Shown piece by piece: positions 42,963 through 51,045 of a DNA stretch of 64,000 nucleotides; position 1 is the stretch's first letter, and each line of letters starts with the position of its first letter. The DNA comes from Spirochaetota bacterium (GTDB lineage Bacteria; Spirochaetota; Spirochaetia; Treponematales; Treponemataceae), in assembly GCA_023438065.1 (NCBI GenBank), contig JAEXRH010000014.1, positions 22,959 to 86,958 on the forward strand, read 5' to 3'. The notes under the pieces were generated by a model. It had not been told where the DNA came from, did not search any database, and was given only the letters and a program-made list of their open reading frames with translations. The position numbers were made by a program, and so were the translations under genes.

Positions 42963-45781
42963 CGCGCGAGGTACGCGAGAAAATCGTCGAACGGCAGGGG
43001 TCTCGCGACGACGAAACCCTGCACGATATCGCAGCCGCGCGCGCGAAGGCGGTCGAGCTGATCGAGGGTCTCGACCCCTTCGGCCACCGAGGAAAGCCCG
43101 AATGCCCGGGCCATCGATATGATCGCGGAAACGATATCCCCGCCCGACTGGCTGTCGTCCATCGAGCGGACGAAAGACTGGTCGATTTTCAGGCAATCGA
43201 CGGGCAGGCGATTGAGATACTGCAGGGAGCAGTATCCCGTACCGAAATCGTCGATCGCGAATTTTACCCCCATTTCGCGGATCTTTCGCATGATATCGCT
43301 CACGTGCGCGATATTCCGCATGAAGCCGGACTCGGTAACCTCCAATTGAAGCATCTCGCCGGGCAACCCCGAAATCGACAGCGCCGACCGGACGCGCTCG
43401 ACGAAATTCCCCGAGTCAAACTGGCGCGCCGCGACGTTAACCGAGACGGGCACGCGCAGTCCCGTATCAAGCCACCTTTTCGCGTCCGCGCAGGCTTGCG
43501 CAAGAACCCAGTCCCCGAGCGGCGAGATGAACCCGGTTTCCTCGGCGACCGGAAGAAAATCCCCGGGTGGAATGATCAGGTTATCCTCGCGATTCCAGCG
43601 AATCAGGGCTTCCGCCCCCGAAAGACCCGCCGGACTTCCCGGTCTGGCCTCCGCGATCAGCGTCTGCGGCTGATAGTAGAGCCTGAACTCGTTCAGCTCG
43701 AGCGCCTTGTGCATCTTCGTCTCTATCTCGAGGCGGCCGCGATTCGCGCGTTCCATGTCGGAGGAGGCGTAACAGTACGCGCCGCGACCGGCCTCTTTCG
43801 CGAGGTACATCGCCGCGTCGCCCTTTCTGAGCAAGGTCTCCGCGTCCAGGCCGTCCTTGGGATACAACGCAATCCCGATGCTCGCGCCGACGTAGACCTC
43901 GGAACCGTCGATGTCGAAGCTTTCCGACATACCGCGAACCACCGACGACGCGACGATCCCGGCGTTTTCCTCGCGGGAGAGATCGGGCAATATCATGGTG
44001 AACTCGTCCCCGCCGATCCTGCAAAGCGTGTCCGAATCCCGGATGCATTTCGCGAGACGGGTCGAGACCTTCACGAGGAGCGAATCGCCGGCGACGTGCC
44101 CGAGGGAATCGTTCACGTTCTTGAAGCGATCGAGATCGATGAACAGGAGCGCGAACGGCGAGGACGAACGTTTCGCGCAGGCGATCTGGTGCTCGAGCCG
44201 GTCGGAGAACAGCATCCGGTTCGGAAGATTCGTGAGCGGATCGTAATACGCGAGATGATTCAGCCGCTCCTCCGCCTCCTTGATCACCGAAATGTCGGAT
44301 GAGACGCTTATGTAGTTGAGCGGTTGGCCCGTCTCGTCGCGCAGCACGTTAATCGTTTGCCACTTCGGGCAGAGAGATCCGTCCTTCCTGCGGTCCCACA
44401 CCTCTCCCTCCCAATGTCCCGTCTCCGATACGGCCGCCCGGATCCGCTCGAAAAAGTCGTCGTCGTGCCGTCCCGAGTTGAGCATGCGCCCGTTCCTTCC
44501 AAGCAGCTCGTCGCGGGTGTATCCGCTCATCGCGCACATGGCGTCGTTCATGTCGATGATGTTTCCCCCGAGGTCCGTAATGATGACGGCCTCGCTCGTG
44601 TTCTCGAGGACCTTCCGGAACATCTCGAGCTTTCCGTTGATCGTTATCAGCGCGGCCGTCCGTTCCGCCACGAGATTCTCGAGGTTCTCGTTCGTCTTTC
44701 GTACCGCCTCGTGCGCGTCTCGCACGCGCGTGTTCATTTCCGCGATGACCTTAGCGATATGACCGATCTCGTCATGTCGGGAAAAGAGCGCCTTCATCAG
44801 TTCGTCCGGCTTGGCGGGATCGCCGGCGCCGGCCGAAGACAAAGCCTTGCGCGCGCCCGACTCGAGGATGATCGAGTCGACGACGTTCTCGAGAAGACCC
44901 AACGGAGTGACGACCCAATAGCGAAAGGCGACGCTGAGCGAGAAAATGAAAAAAATGGTCAGGGTCCCGAAAAGGACGAGCATGCTTGCCGTCACGTTCG
45001 CGCTTTGCGCCTTAAGCGCCCGCGGGGTAGACGTCTTGATGATGAACGCGGGCATGCCGAAGGAATCGGCGAACCGGATATAGCCCGTTATCGCGGAATC
45101 GGACTGTAACCGGAACATCCCGGATTCGATATTCTCGTGCCTACGGACATTCTGAAGGCCGCTCGGGAAGGGCTCGCGAAAGAGTTCCACGTACACCCCG
45201 ATCCGCTCGCGCAGGCTCTCGATGAACGTTTCGTTCACGCTTCTTGCCATGAGGAAGAAGCCCGCGGAAGGGCCAGTCCCGTCGGAATGAAGGATCGGCA
45301 CGGAAACCGCGAGAACAGGATTCCCGTCATGAACCTGAAAGTCGGAGACGGGCTCCCTGATCCGGCGACGTTCGCTCCCCGCGACGATATCGATAAAGAA
45401 ATCGCAAACCCTTTCCCGGCCTTCCCCGTCGCGGCACCGCGCGTAAATTTTTCTCCCGCTCGCGTCGTACAGAGCGAAAACCGATACGTTGAGATTGTCG
45501 AAGGGCGTCGGGCCTATGTCATTTTCGATATACTGCGGATTCCCGCCGCGGGCGAATAGCCAGGTAGAGTCCCAAACGGCATAATCCCGGACGGTCACCT
45601 CGAGGCTCGAAGACTCCACCTTGATCGCGTTGATCGCGCGATCGATGTCGGAACGCGCGATATCGGCCTCGATCGCGAGGAATTTCGTGTATACCATTAC
45701 CGTGATGACCGACAGCAGACCAAGGGTATAGAGGCTTATAAACGCGACGGTCAGTACCAGCAGCTTGTTTCTGATCCGCAC
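42959..45781 (-). CDS. CHASE4-HAMP-PAS-GGDEF-EAL c-di-GMP turnover protein (940 aa)
   Basis: CHASE4-like RDYAVWDSTWLF between two TM helices, and a PAS region (EAVIITDLGGNIIDMNDAMCAMSGYTRDELLG). GGDEF domain (RDSDTLCRIGGDEF) and EAL domain (GAEALIRW, QLEVTES, AIDDFGTGYCSLQYL, KIDQSFV). GTG start is preceded by AGGAGAGGAG. Confidence 0.92.
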   Translation of the reverse strand: MRIRNKLLVLTVAFISLYTLGLLSVITVMVYTKFLAIEADIARSDIDRAINAIKVESSSLEVTVRDYAVWDSTWLFARGGNPQYIENDIGPTPFDNLNVSVFALYDASGRKIYARCRDGEGRERVCDFFIDIVAGSERRRIREPVSDFQVHDGNPVLAVSVPILHSDGTGPSAGFFLMARSVNETFIESLRERIGVYVELFREPFPSGLQNVRRHENIESGMFRLQSDSAITGYIRFADSFGMPAFIIKTSTPRALKAQSANVTASMLVLFGTLTIFFIFSLSVAFRYWVVTPLGLLENVVDSIILESGARKALSSAGAGDPAKPDELMKALFSRHDEIGHIAKVIAEMNTRVRDAHEAVRKTNENLENLVAERTAALITINGKLEMFRKVLENTSEAVIITDLGGNIIDMNDAMCAMSGYTRDELLGRNGRMLNSGRHDDDFFERIRAAVSETGHWEGEVWDRRKDGSLCPKWQTINVLRDETGQPLNYISVSSDISVIKEAEERLNHLAYYDPLTNLPNRMLFSDRLEHQIACAKRSSSPFALLFIDLDRFKNVNDSLGHVAGDSLLVKVSTRLAKCIRDSDTLCRIGGDEFTMILPDLSREENAGIVASSVVRGMSESFDIDGSEVYVGASIGIALYPKDGLDAETLLRKGDAAMYLAKEAGRGAYCYASSDMERANRGRLEIETKMHKALELNEFRLYYQPQTLIAEARPGSPAGLSGAEALIRWNREDNLIIPPGDFLPVAEETGFISPLGDWVLAQACADAKRWLDTGLRVPVSVNVAARQFDSGNFVERVRSALSISGLPGEMLQLEVTESGFMRNIAHVSDIMRKIREMGVKFAIDDFGTGYCSLQYLNRLPVDCLKIDQSFVRSMDDSQSGGDIVSAIISMARAFGLSSVAEGVETLDQLDRLRARGCDIVQGFVVARPLPFDDFLAYLAR

Positions 45782-45847
45782 GGCGACACGCTCCTCTCCT
45801 TGAAGTATATGGAAGGAGCAAGCGGAGTCAAACGAAACGGATTTGGT

Positions 45848-46600
45848 TTACGGGATGCCGAGCAGGTCCTTGACGACCCTGCCGGCGATCATGATCCCCG
45901 CGGCGGGGGGAACGAAGGAGACGCTTCCGGGAATTTGCCTTCGTCCGGCGCAGGATCTCGCGCTTCCGGGGGGGCATACGCACCCTTCGGCGCACGATGG
46001 CCCGGCGAGTGGAGCGCGCGGTTCCTCGCGGGAATAGAGCACCTTGAGGGATGGGATTTTCCGCTTTCTGAGTTCATGGCGCATGACCCGCGCGAGGGGG
46101 CATACCGAGGTCTCGTAGATATCCGCGAATTCGAACTTGAGCGGGTCGAGCTTGTTTCCCGTTCCCATGCTGCTTAAAAGCGGAAAGCCGCACGTGAAGG
46201 CCTTCTCCGCGAGGAGAATCTTGGATGAAACCGTATCGATGCAATCAACAACATAGGAATACCCGGCAAAGTCGAAGCCGTCGGCCGTTTCCTTCCCGAA
46301 GAAGCACTGACGGGCGTCAACCTCGGCGGTCGGGTTGATGTCAAAAATTCGCGCGCGCGCCACCGCGACCTTTGGCATCCCGATCGTGCTGTGAAGGGCG
46401 ATCGCCTGCCGGTTGATGTTCGTAAGGCACACCGTGTCGTCGTCGACGATAACGAACCTTCCGACTCCTGCGCGGGCGAGAGCCTCGACGACGAACGAGC
46501 CCACGCCGCCGATCCCGAACACGGCGACTGTTTTCTCCGCGAGAATCGCCGTAGACTCCGCCCCTAGGAGCAATTCGCTCCGAGAATACTGTGTCTGCAT
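45848..46600 (-). CDS. tcdA: tRNA threonylcarbamoyladenosine dehydratase (ThiF/E1-like, TcdA family; 250 aa)
   Basis: VAVFGIGGVGSFVVEALARAGVGRFVIVDDDTVCLTNINRQ, plus length and C-terminal region typical of TcdA/CsdL. Confidence 0.8.
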   Translation of the reverse strand: MQTQYSRSELLLGAESTAILAEKTVAVFGIGGVGSFVVEALARAGVGRFVIVDDDTVCLTNINRQAIALHSTIGMPKVAVARARIFDINPTAEVDARQCFFGKETADGFDFAGYSYVVDCIDTVSSKILLAEKAFTCGFPLLSSMGTGNKLDPLKFEFADIYETSVCPLARVMRHELRKRKIPSLKVLYSREEPRAPLAGPSCAEGCVCPPGSARSCAGRRQIPGSVSFVPPAAGIMIAGRVVKDLLGIP

Positions 46601-46737
46601 GAGTCAATAATATCTCACTACGCCGAATGTGTCAGCGAAGGACACGCGTTGCCCACGAGTCGAAAACGTTTTTTTTTGACGAGAGCAAACAGGGCGCTAA
46701 GCGGTGTTATATTATTCGTGTAAAGGAGATATGCACG

Positions 46738-47268
46738 ATGGGAAAAACCGCGGTTTTGTATCGCTCGAAGTACGGATCGACCGGGCAGTACGCCAAATGG
46801 ATCGCAGAGGAGACGGGCGCGGACCTTTTCAGGATTCCGCATGTCTCCGTTCGCGATCTCGCCCGATACGACACGATCATCGTCGGAGGCGGACTCTATG
46901 CCGGGGGCATGCTCGGCGCCTCTTTCCTGAAAAGGAATTTCGCCGCTATCGCGGACAAAAGGATTATCGTGTTTTCCGTGGGCGCGTCGTTCGCTAACGA
47001 GAAAAACATCGCCGCGATCAAGGCCCGGCTTCTCGCTCCGGAAATGCTTTCCCGCGTATCGTTCTACCACCTTCGGGGAGCCCTCGATTATCACGCGATG
47101 AAACCCCTCGACCGGTTCGCGATGCGGCTTCTCGTCTCGATGATCCGCAGGAAACCCGAAAGCGAGCGGGACGAGGAGGAGAAAGGAATCGTCGCGACAT
47201 ACGGAAAAAGCGTAACATTCCTGAATCGCGATAGCATCGCCCCGATCGTGCGGGAGGCGATGGCATAA
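46738..47268 (+). CDS. Flavodoxin-like domain protein (HemG/Flavodoxin_5-like, 176 aa)
   Basis: AVLYRSKYGSTGQYAKWIAEE, YDTIIVGGGLYAG, and a long loop LRGALDYHAMKPLDRFAMRLL resembling HemG-type long-chain flavodoxin folds. The ATG at 46738 is preceded by AAAGGAG. Confidence 0.7.
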   Translation: MGKTAVLYRSKYGSTGQYAKWIAEETGADLFRIPHVSVRDLARYDTIIVGGGLYAGGMLGASFLKRNFAAIADKRIIVFSVGASFANEKNIAAIKARLLAPEMLSRVSFYHLRGALDYHAMKPLDRFAMRLLVSMIRRKPESERDEEEKGIVATYGKSVTFLNRDSIAPIVREAMA

Positions 47269-47372
47269 GGCCGCATGATGCACCGCAACTCCAAAAAGTA
47301 AAATCGCTCCAGAAAAAACTTCCTTGTCTGTCTCGCTCCGTGCGCTATACTCTGCGCGTAAGGAGGACTTCA

Positions 47373-47561
47373 ATGTCCAAGGAACAGAAGAAAATTGAGG
47401 GCAAGCACTGCTATTCATGCCTTCAATGGGATGGTCCGCGAGCCTACAACGCGGAAAAAAACACGCTCCTCGTCGACGAGACGCTCGCGGAAAATTGCCG
47501 CGTCTTTCACAAGAAGATGAAAGGCTCGTCCACCTGCGAGCGGTATTTCCCCTTCCATTAA
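47373..47561 (+). CDS. Small Cys-containing hypothetical protein (62 aa)
   Basis: The ATG at 47373 has AGGAGG 6 nt upstream. Contains CYSC plus two further Cys. I recognise no family. Confidence 0.5.
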   Translation: MSKEQKKIEGKHCYSCLQWDGPRAYNAEKNTLLVDETLAENCRVFHKKMKGSSTCERYFPFH

Positions 47562-47570
47562 AAAAGTGAC

Positions 47571-47599
47571 AAAAAAATCGGCGCCCCGTCGGGGCGCCG
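47571..47599 (-). terminator. Intrinsic terminator of hcp (9-bp all-GC stem plus T7 on the minus strand)
   Basis: CGGCGCCCC (47579-47587) pairs with GGGGCGCCG (47591-47599). The A7 run at 47571-47577 on the plus strand is a T7 run downstream of the hairpin on the minus strand. Confidence 0.8.
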
Positions 47600-47631
47600 A
47601 AAATCTCTCGCGCGAAAACCTCGCGAGCCGA

Positions 47632-49200
47632 TTATCCGAGAATCTTCTTGAGATCCGCCTCCGGCGTCGAGATGGGCGTCACGTTCCACTTATCCACAAG
47701 AACCTTCAGCACGTTTGACGACACGAACGCGGGAAGCGTCGGCCCCAGGTAGATGTTTTTGATGCCGAGAGAAAGCAGCGTAAGCAGAACGCACACCGCC
47801 TTCTGCTCGTACCACGAAAGGACGAGGGTGAGCGGCAGCTCGTTCACGCCGCACTTGAACGCGTCGGCGAGCGCGAGCGCGACCCGAATCGCGCTATAGG
47901 AGTCATTGCACTGCCCCATGTCCATGATGCGGGGCAGCCCTCCGATCTCGCCGAGATCGAGATCGTTGAATCGATACTTTCCGCACGCGAGCGTGAGGAT
48001 CACCGAGTCCTTCGGGGTCGCCTTCACGAAATCGGTATAGTAATTCCGCCCGGGTTTCGCGCCGTCGCACCCGCCGACGAGGAAGAAATGCTTGATCGCA
48101 CCGGCCTTCACCGCGTCGATCACCTTGTCCGCGACCGAGAGCACCGTGCCGTGCCCGAATCCGGTCGTCAGCGTGTCGCCGCCGTTGATGCCCGTCATCT
48201 TCCGCTCCTCCGCGTAACCGCCGAGCTCGAGAGCCTTCCCGATCACCGGGGAGAAATCCTTCTTTCCCCCCTTCTCGTCGATATGCACGAGCCCGGGGAA
48301 CCCGACGACCGAGGTCGTGTATACGCGGTCCTGGTATGAGGGACGGGGAACCATGAGACAGTTCGTGGTGAAAAGGAAGGCCGCGGGCACGCCGTCGAAT
48401 TCCTTCTGCTGGTTTTGCCAGGCGGTTCCGAAATTTCCCTTCAGCTGAGGATGCTTCTTGAGCTCGGGATACGCGTGGCACGGGAGCATCTCGCCGTGGG
48501 TGTACACGTTGATCCCCTTTCCGTCCGTCTGCTCGAGGAGCTGCGCGAGATCGTGGAGGTCGTGGCCGGAAACGACGATGAACGGCCCCTTCTCGACATT
48601 CGTTGAAACCTTGGTCGGGACCGGGGTGCCGTACGTGCCGACGTTCGCCGCGTCGAGAACCTCCATGCACCGGAGGTTCACCTTGCCGAATTCCATGTTG
48701 AGGTCGAGCAGTTCAGGGACGCCAAGATCGTTCGCGAGGGCGGAAAGCCCTTTATAGAAAAACGCGTTCACCTCCGCGTCGCGCTTGCCGAGGGCGGCCG
48801 CGTGGTGCGCGTACGCCGCCATGCCCTTCATCCCGAAAAGGAGCAGCGACTTGAGGCTTCGCGTGTCCTCGTCTCCCGCGGTCCAGAGGGCATTCATGTC
48901 GAAGTCCTTCGCGTTAGCCGCGCCGAGGCCCGCGACCGCGTCGTCGATCCGCGCGGAAAGCGCCGCGATCTGCGCGTCGTCAAAAGAAACGTTCGTGATC
49001 GCGGTGAAAAGCGCGTCGATGACGAGATCGTCGGTTTTGGCCGTCGCCTTCCCGTCCTTCGCCGCGAGGGCCAGCTTGATGATCTTTCCGATCAACGCGT
49101 CCTGAAGGTTCGCGGTATTTTCCTTTTTTCCGCAAACGCCATTTATCGTACAACCCTTGCCGCCCGCAGTCTGCTCGCACTGAAAACAAAACATAGACAT
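47632..49200 (-). CDS. hcp: Hybrid-cluster protein / hydroxylamine reductase (522 aa)
   Basis: N-terminal Cys motif MFCFQCEQTAGGKGCTINGVCGK and conserved hybrid-cluster ligand regions (TNCLM, GGCDG, MGQCNDSYSA). AGGAGG lies 7 nt upstream of the ATG at 49200. Confidence 0.93.
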   Translation of the reverse strand: MSMFCFQCEQTAGGKGCTINGVCGKKENTANLQDALIGKIIKLALAAKDGKATAKTDDLVIDALFTAITNVSFDDAQIAALSARIDDAVAGLGAANAKDFDMNALWTAGDEDTRSLKSLLLFGMKGMAAYAHHAAALGKRDAEVNAFFYKGLSALANDLGVPELLDLNMEFGKVNLRCMEVLDAANVGTYGTPVPTKVSTNVEKGPFIVVSGHDLHDLAQLLEQTDGKGINVYTHGEMLPCHAYPELKKHPQLKGNFGTAWQNQQKEFDGVPAAFLFTTNCLMVPRPSYQDRVYTTSVVGFPGLVHIDEKGGKKDFSPVIGKALELGGYAEERKMTGINGGDTLTTGFGHGTVLSVADKVIDAVKAGAIKHFFLVGGCDGAKPGRNYYTDFVKATPKDSVILTLACGKYRFNDLDLGEIGGLPRIMDMGQCNDSYSAIRVALALADAFKCGVNELPLTLVLSWYEQKAVCVLLTLLSLGIKNIYLGPTLPAFVSSNVLKVLVDKWNVTPISTPEADLKKILG

Positions 49201-49267
49201 CTAACTGCCTCCTTGATGTTCTGAAGTGTAATGCCAAACCGTGCTCTCTGCCGTTGCGGATGCAACG

Positions 49268-49660
49268 TCATGCGGTTATTTCCACGGAGTTTCCCTCGGG
49301 ATCGAGGATCAGAACCTCGTAGTATCCGTCGCCGGTCGTGCGCGGGCCTGAAACCACGGGGATACCATCGGACTCAAACCGTTCGGCAAGCCGGTCCACT
49401 TCCGCTTCGCTCCCGCAGGAAAAGGCGAGATGCGCGTAGCCATACCGCTCCCGGGGCGGTAAATCGTCTCCAGATCCCGCCATCGAGTCCTTTTTCATGA
49501 TTTCGAGCCGCGCGCCGCTTTCAAACGACAGGAAATACGACGAAAAACCCTTTGCCCGGTTGTCGTACCGAGTACCGGCGGTCGCGCCGAAACGCGAAAC
49601 GTAGAAATCCTTCATCGCGTCAAGATCGCGAACCCAAAGTGCGGCATGCTCAAGAACCAT
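49268..49660 (-). CDS. VOC (glyoxalase/bleomycin-resistance/dioxygenase) family protein (130 aa)
   Basis: MVLEHAALWVRDLDAMKDFY ... YAHLAFS ... GYYEVLILDPEGNSVEI. The ATG at 49660 is preceded by AAGGAG. The ORF track starts at 49693. Confidence 0.8.
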   Translation of the reverse strand: MVLEHAALWVRDLDAMKDFYVSRFGATAGTRYDNRAKGFSSYFLSFESGARLEIMKKDSMAGSGDDLPPRERYGYAHLAFSCGSEAEVDRLAERFESDGIPVVSGPRTTGDGYYEVLILDPEGNSVEITA

Positions 49661-49689
49661 GGAATCTCCTTTCGTTATTCTCGCGCGCA

Positions 49690-50196
49690 TCAAATCTTCC
49701 GGCTATCGTACGCCCAATGGAGGAGCGCTTGCCGCTGCCGTCGCCGCGCGGAAAGGTCCCCCGGCGCGCAATGGGCGCGTATCTGCGCGACGTGGCGAAC
49801 CATCGCCCGCCACCGCGCGATCTGACGCGCGTCGTCGGGACAGCGCCGCCCCCGCCAATAACGGCAATACCATTGAAACCATCCCCGGGGATCCTCGGGA
49901 TAGATCCAGCCCTTCGCGCGCCATACGGAAAGCGGCTGAGACGCGTTGACGAGGAAATAATTGAGTTCCGCCCGATGCTCCTCGTGGCAAAGCTTCGCGT
50001 TCGCATACCAGTCGGCGGGAAACTCGTCCCGGCAATCGGTCATGTACTTTCCCCCGAAAACCCCGAGCTCGAGCATCTCCTTCGGGGTCAATTCGGGCTT
50101 GAAACCCGGATCGAAATCCCGTCCTTCGGGCGCGGTGAGATAATACGTGTATCCGTCCTGCATGAGGTCCCTGACGACGATTCTGATCGGTTCCAT
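49690..50196 (-). CDS. Conserved hypothetical protein, Trp/Arg-rich motif GWIYPEDPRGWFQWYCRYWRGRR (about 168 aa)
   Basis: ORF with coding-like composition. The start is uncertain: ATG at 50196, ATG at 50205, or TTG at 50232. I cannot assign a family from memory. Confidence 0.55.
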   Translation of the reverse strand: MEPIRIVVRDLMQDGYTYYLTAPEGRDFDPGFKPELTPKEMLELGVFGGKYMTDCRDEFPADWYANAKLCHEEHRAELNYFLVNASQPLSVWRAKGWIYPEDPRGWFQWYCRYWRGRRCPDDARQIARWRAMVRHVAQIRAHCAPGDLSARRRQRQALLHWAYDSRKI

Positions 50197-50288
50197 ACCG
50201 CCCATGATTATGGACAATCGGCATCCCGTCAAGGTAAAGTGACGCGCATGAAATCCGTCAACAATCCCCGCGAAAACAGGTCCCGCCG

Positions 50289-50987
50289 ATGAGCGACCGC
50301 TGTCTTCGCTGTCTGAGACCCGTATCCTCCTGCTATTGTCCCCATATCGAGCCCTTCGACCCGGGCGTGAAATTCGTGTTCCTCATGCACCCGAAGGAAG
50401 CCTATCACCAGAAAACGGGCACGGGAAGACTCGCGGCCCTTACCCTCGAGGGATCGGAGATTATCGTCGGGATCGACTTCACGAACAACGCGCGGCTCAA
50501 CGAGCTCATCAGCGCGCGCGACGGCAATCCCGGCTACGGGGACGGGCGGGAGCTCTACCCCGTCGTCCTCTATCCCGCCGAGAACGCGAATTACGCGGAC
50601 GACGCGGCGTTAAAAACCGCCGTCGGGACGAAACGCCTTTGCGTCATCGTCGTGGACGCGACCTGGTTTTTCGCGCGGAAGATGGTTTTCCTGAGCCAAA
50701 ATCTCCACGACCTCCCGAAGCTTTCCTTCAAGAACGAGTATCGGTCGCGCTTCGAATTCAAGCGCCAACCCGCGCCCGAGTGCCTCTCGACGATCGAGTC
50801 GTCCTACTATCTCGTGGAGGAACTGAAATCGGCCGGTCTCGCGCGGGTAAACGGGGATCCGGGCGCCCTCATGCGGGTCTTTCGCGCGATGGTCGAGTAC
50901 CAGCTCGCCCGCGAGCAGGAACGGCACGTCGAGCTCGCGCGCGTTCTCCATCCCGAGCTTTTCGACGATTCGGACGAAAAGGAATAA
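50289..50987 (+). CDS. DTW domain-containing protein (tRNA-uridine aminocarboxypropyltransferase family, 232 aa)
   Basis: N-terminal Cys cluster CLRCLRPVSSCYCPH, and a DTW-type motif VVDATWFFARKM. Confidence 0.8.
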   Translation: MSDRCLRCLRPVSSCYCPHIEPFDPGVKFVFLMHPKEAYHQKTGTGRLAALTLEGSEIIVGIDFTNNARLNELISARDGNPGYGDGRELYPVVLYPAENANYADDAALKTAVGTKRLCVIVVDATWFFARKMVFLSQNLHDLPKLSFKNEYRSRFEFKRQPAPECLSTIESSYYLVEELKSAGLARVNGDPGALMRVFRAMVEYQLAREQERHVELARVLHPELFDDSDEKE

Positions 50988-51024
50988 AAAAAAAGCGGCC
51001 GCGCGCGAAACAGCGCGACCGCTT
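50986..51024 (-). terminator. Intrinsic terminator of the DUF4139 gene (10-bp stem with one mismatch, plus T9 on the minus strand)
   Basis: GCGGCCGCGC (50995-51004) pairs with GCGCGACCGC (51013-51022). The A9 run at 50986-50994 on the plus strand is a T9 run downstream of the hairpin on the minus strand. Confidence 0.75.
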
Positions 51025-51045
51025 GATACCGACGGCTCGCTGCCG

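Noticed and set aside
42689-45109. 537-aa and 261-aa plus-strand ORFs antisense to the CHASE4-PAS-GGDEF-EAL gene
   Set aside because: The GGDEF and EAL motifs lie on the minus strand. The plus-strand products have the typical Arg/Asp/Glu-rich artefact composition.
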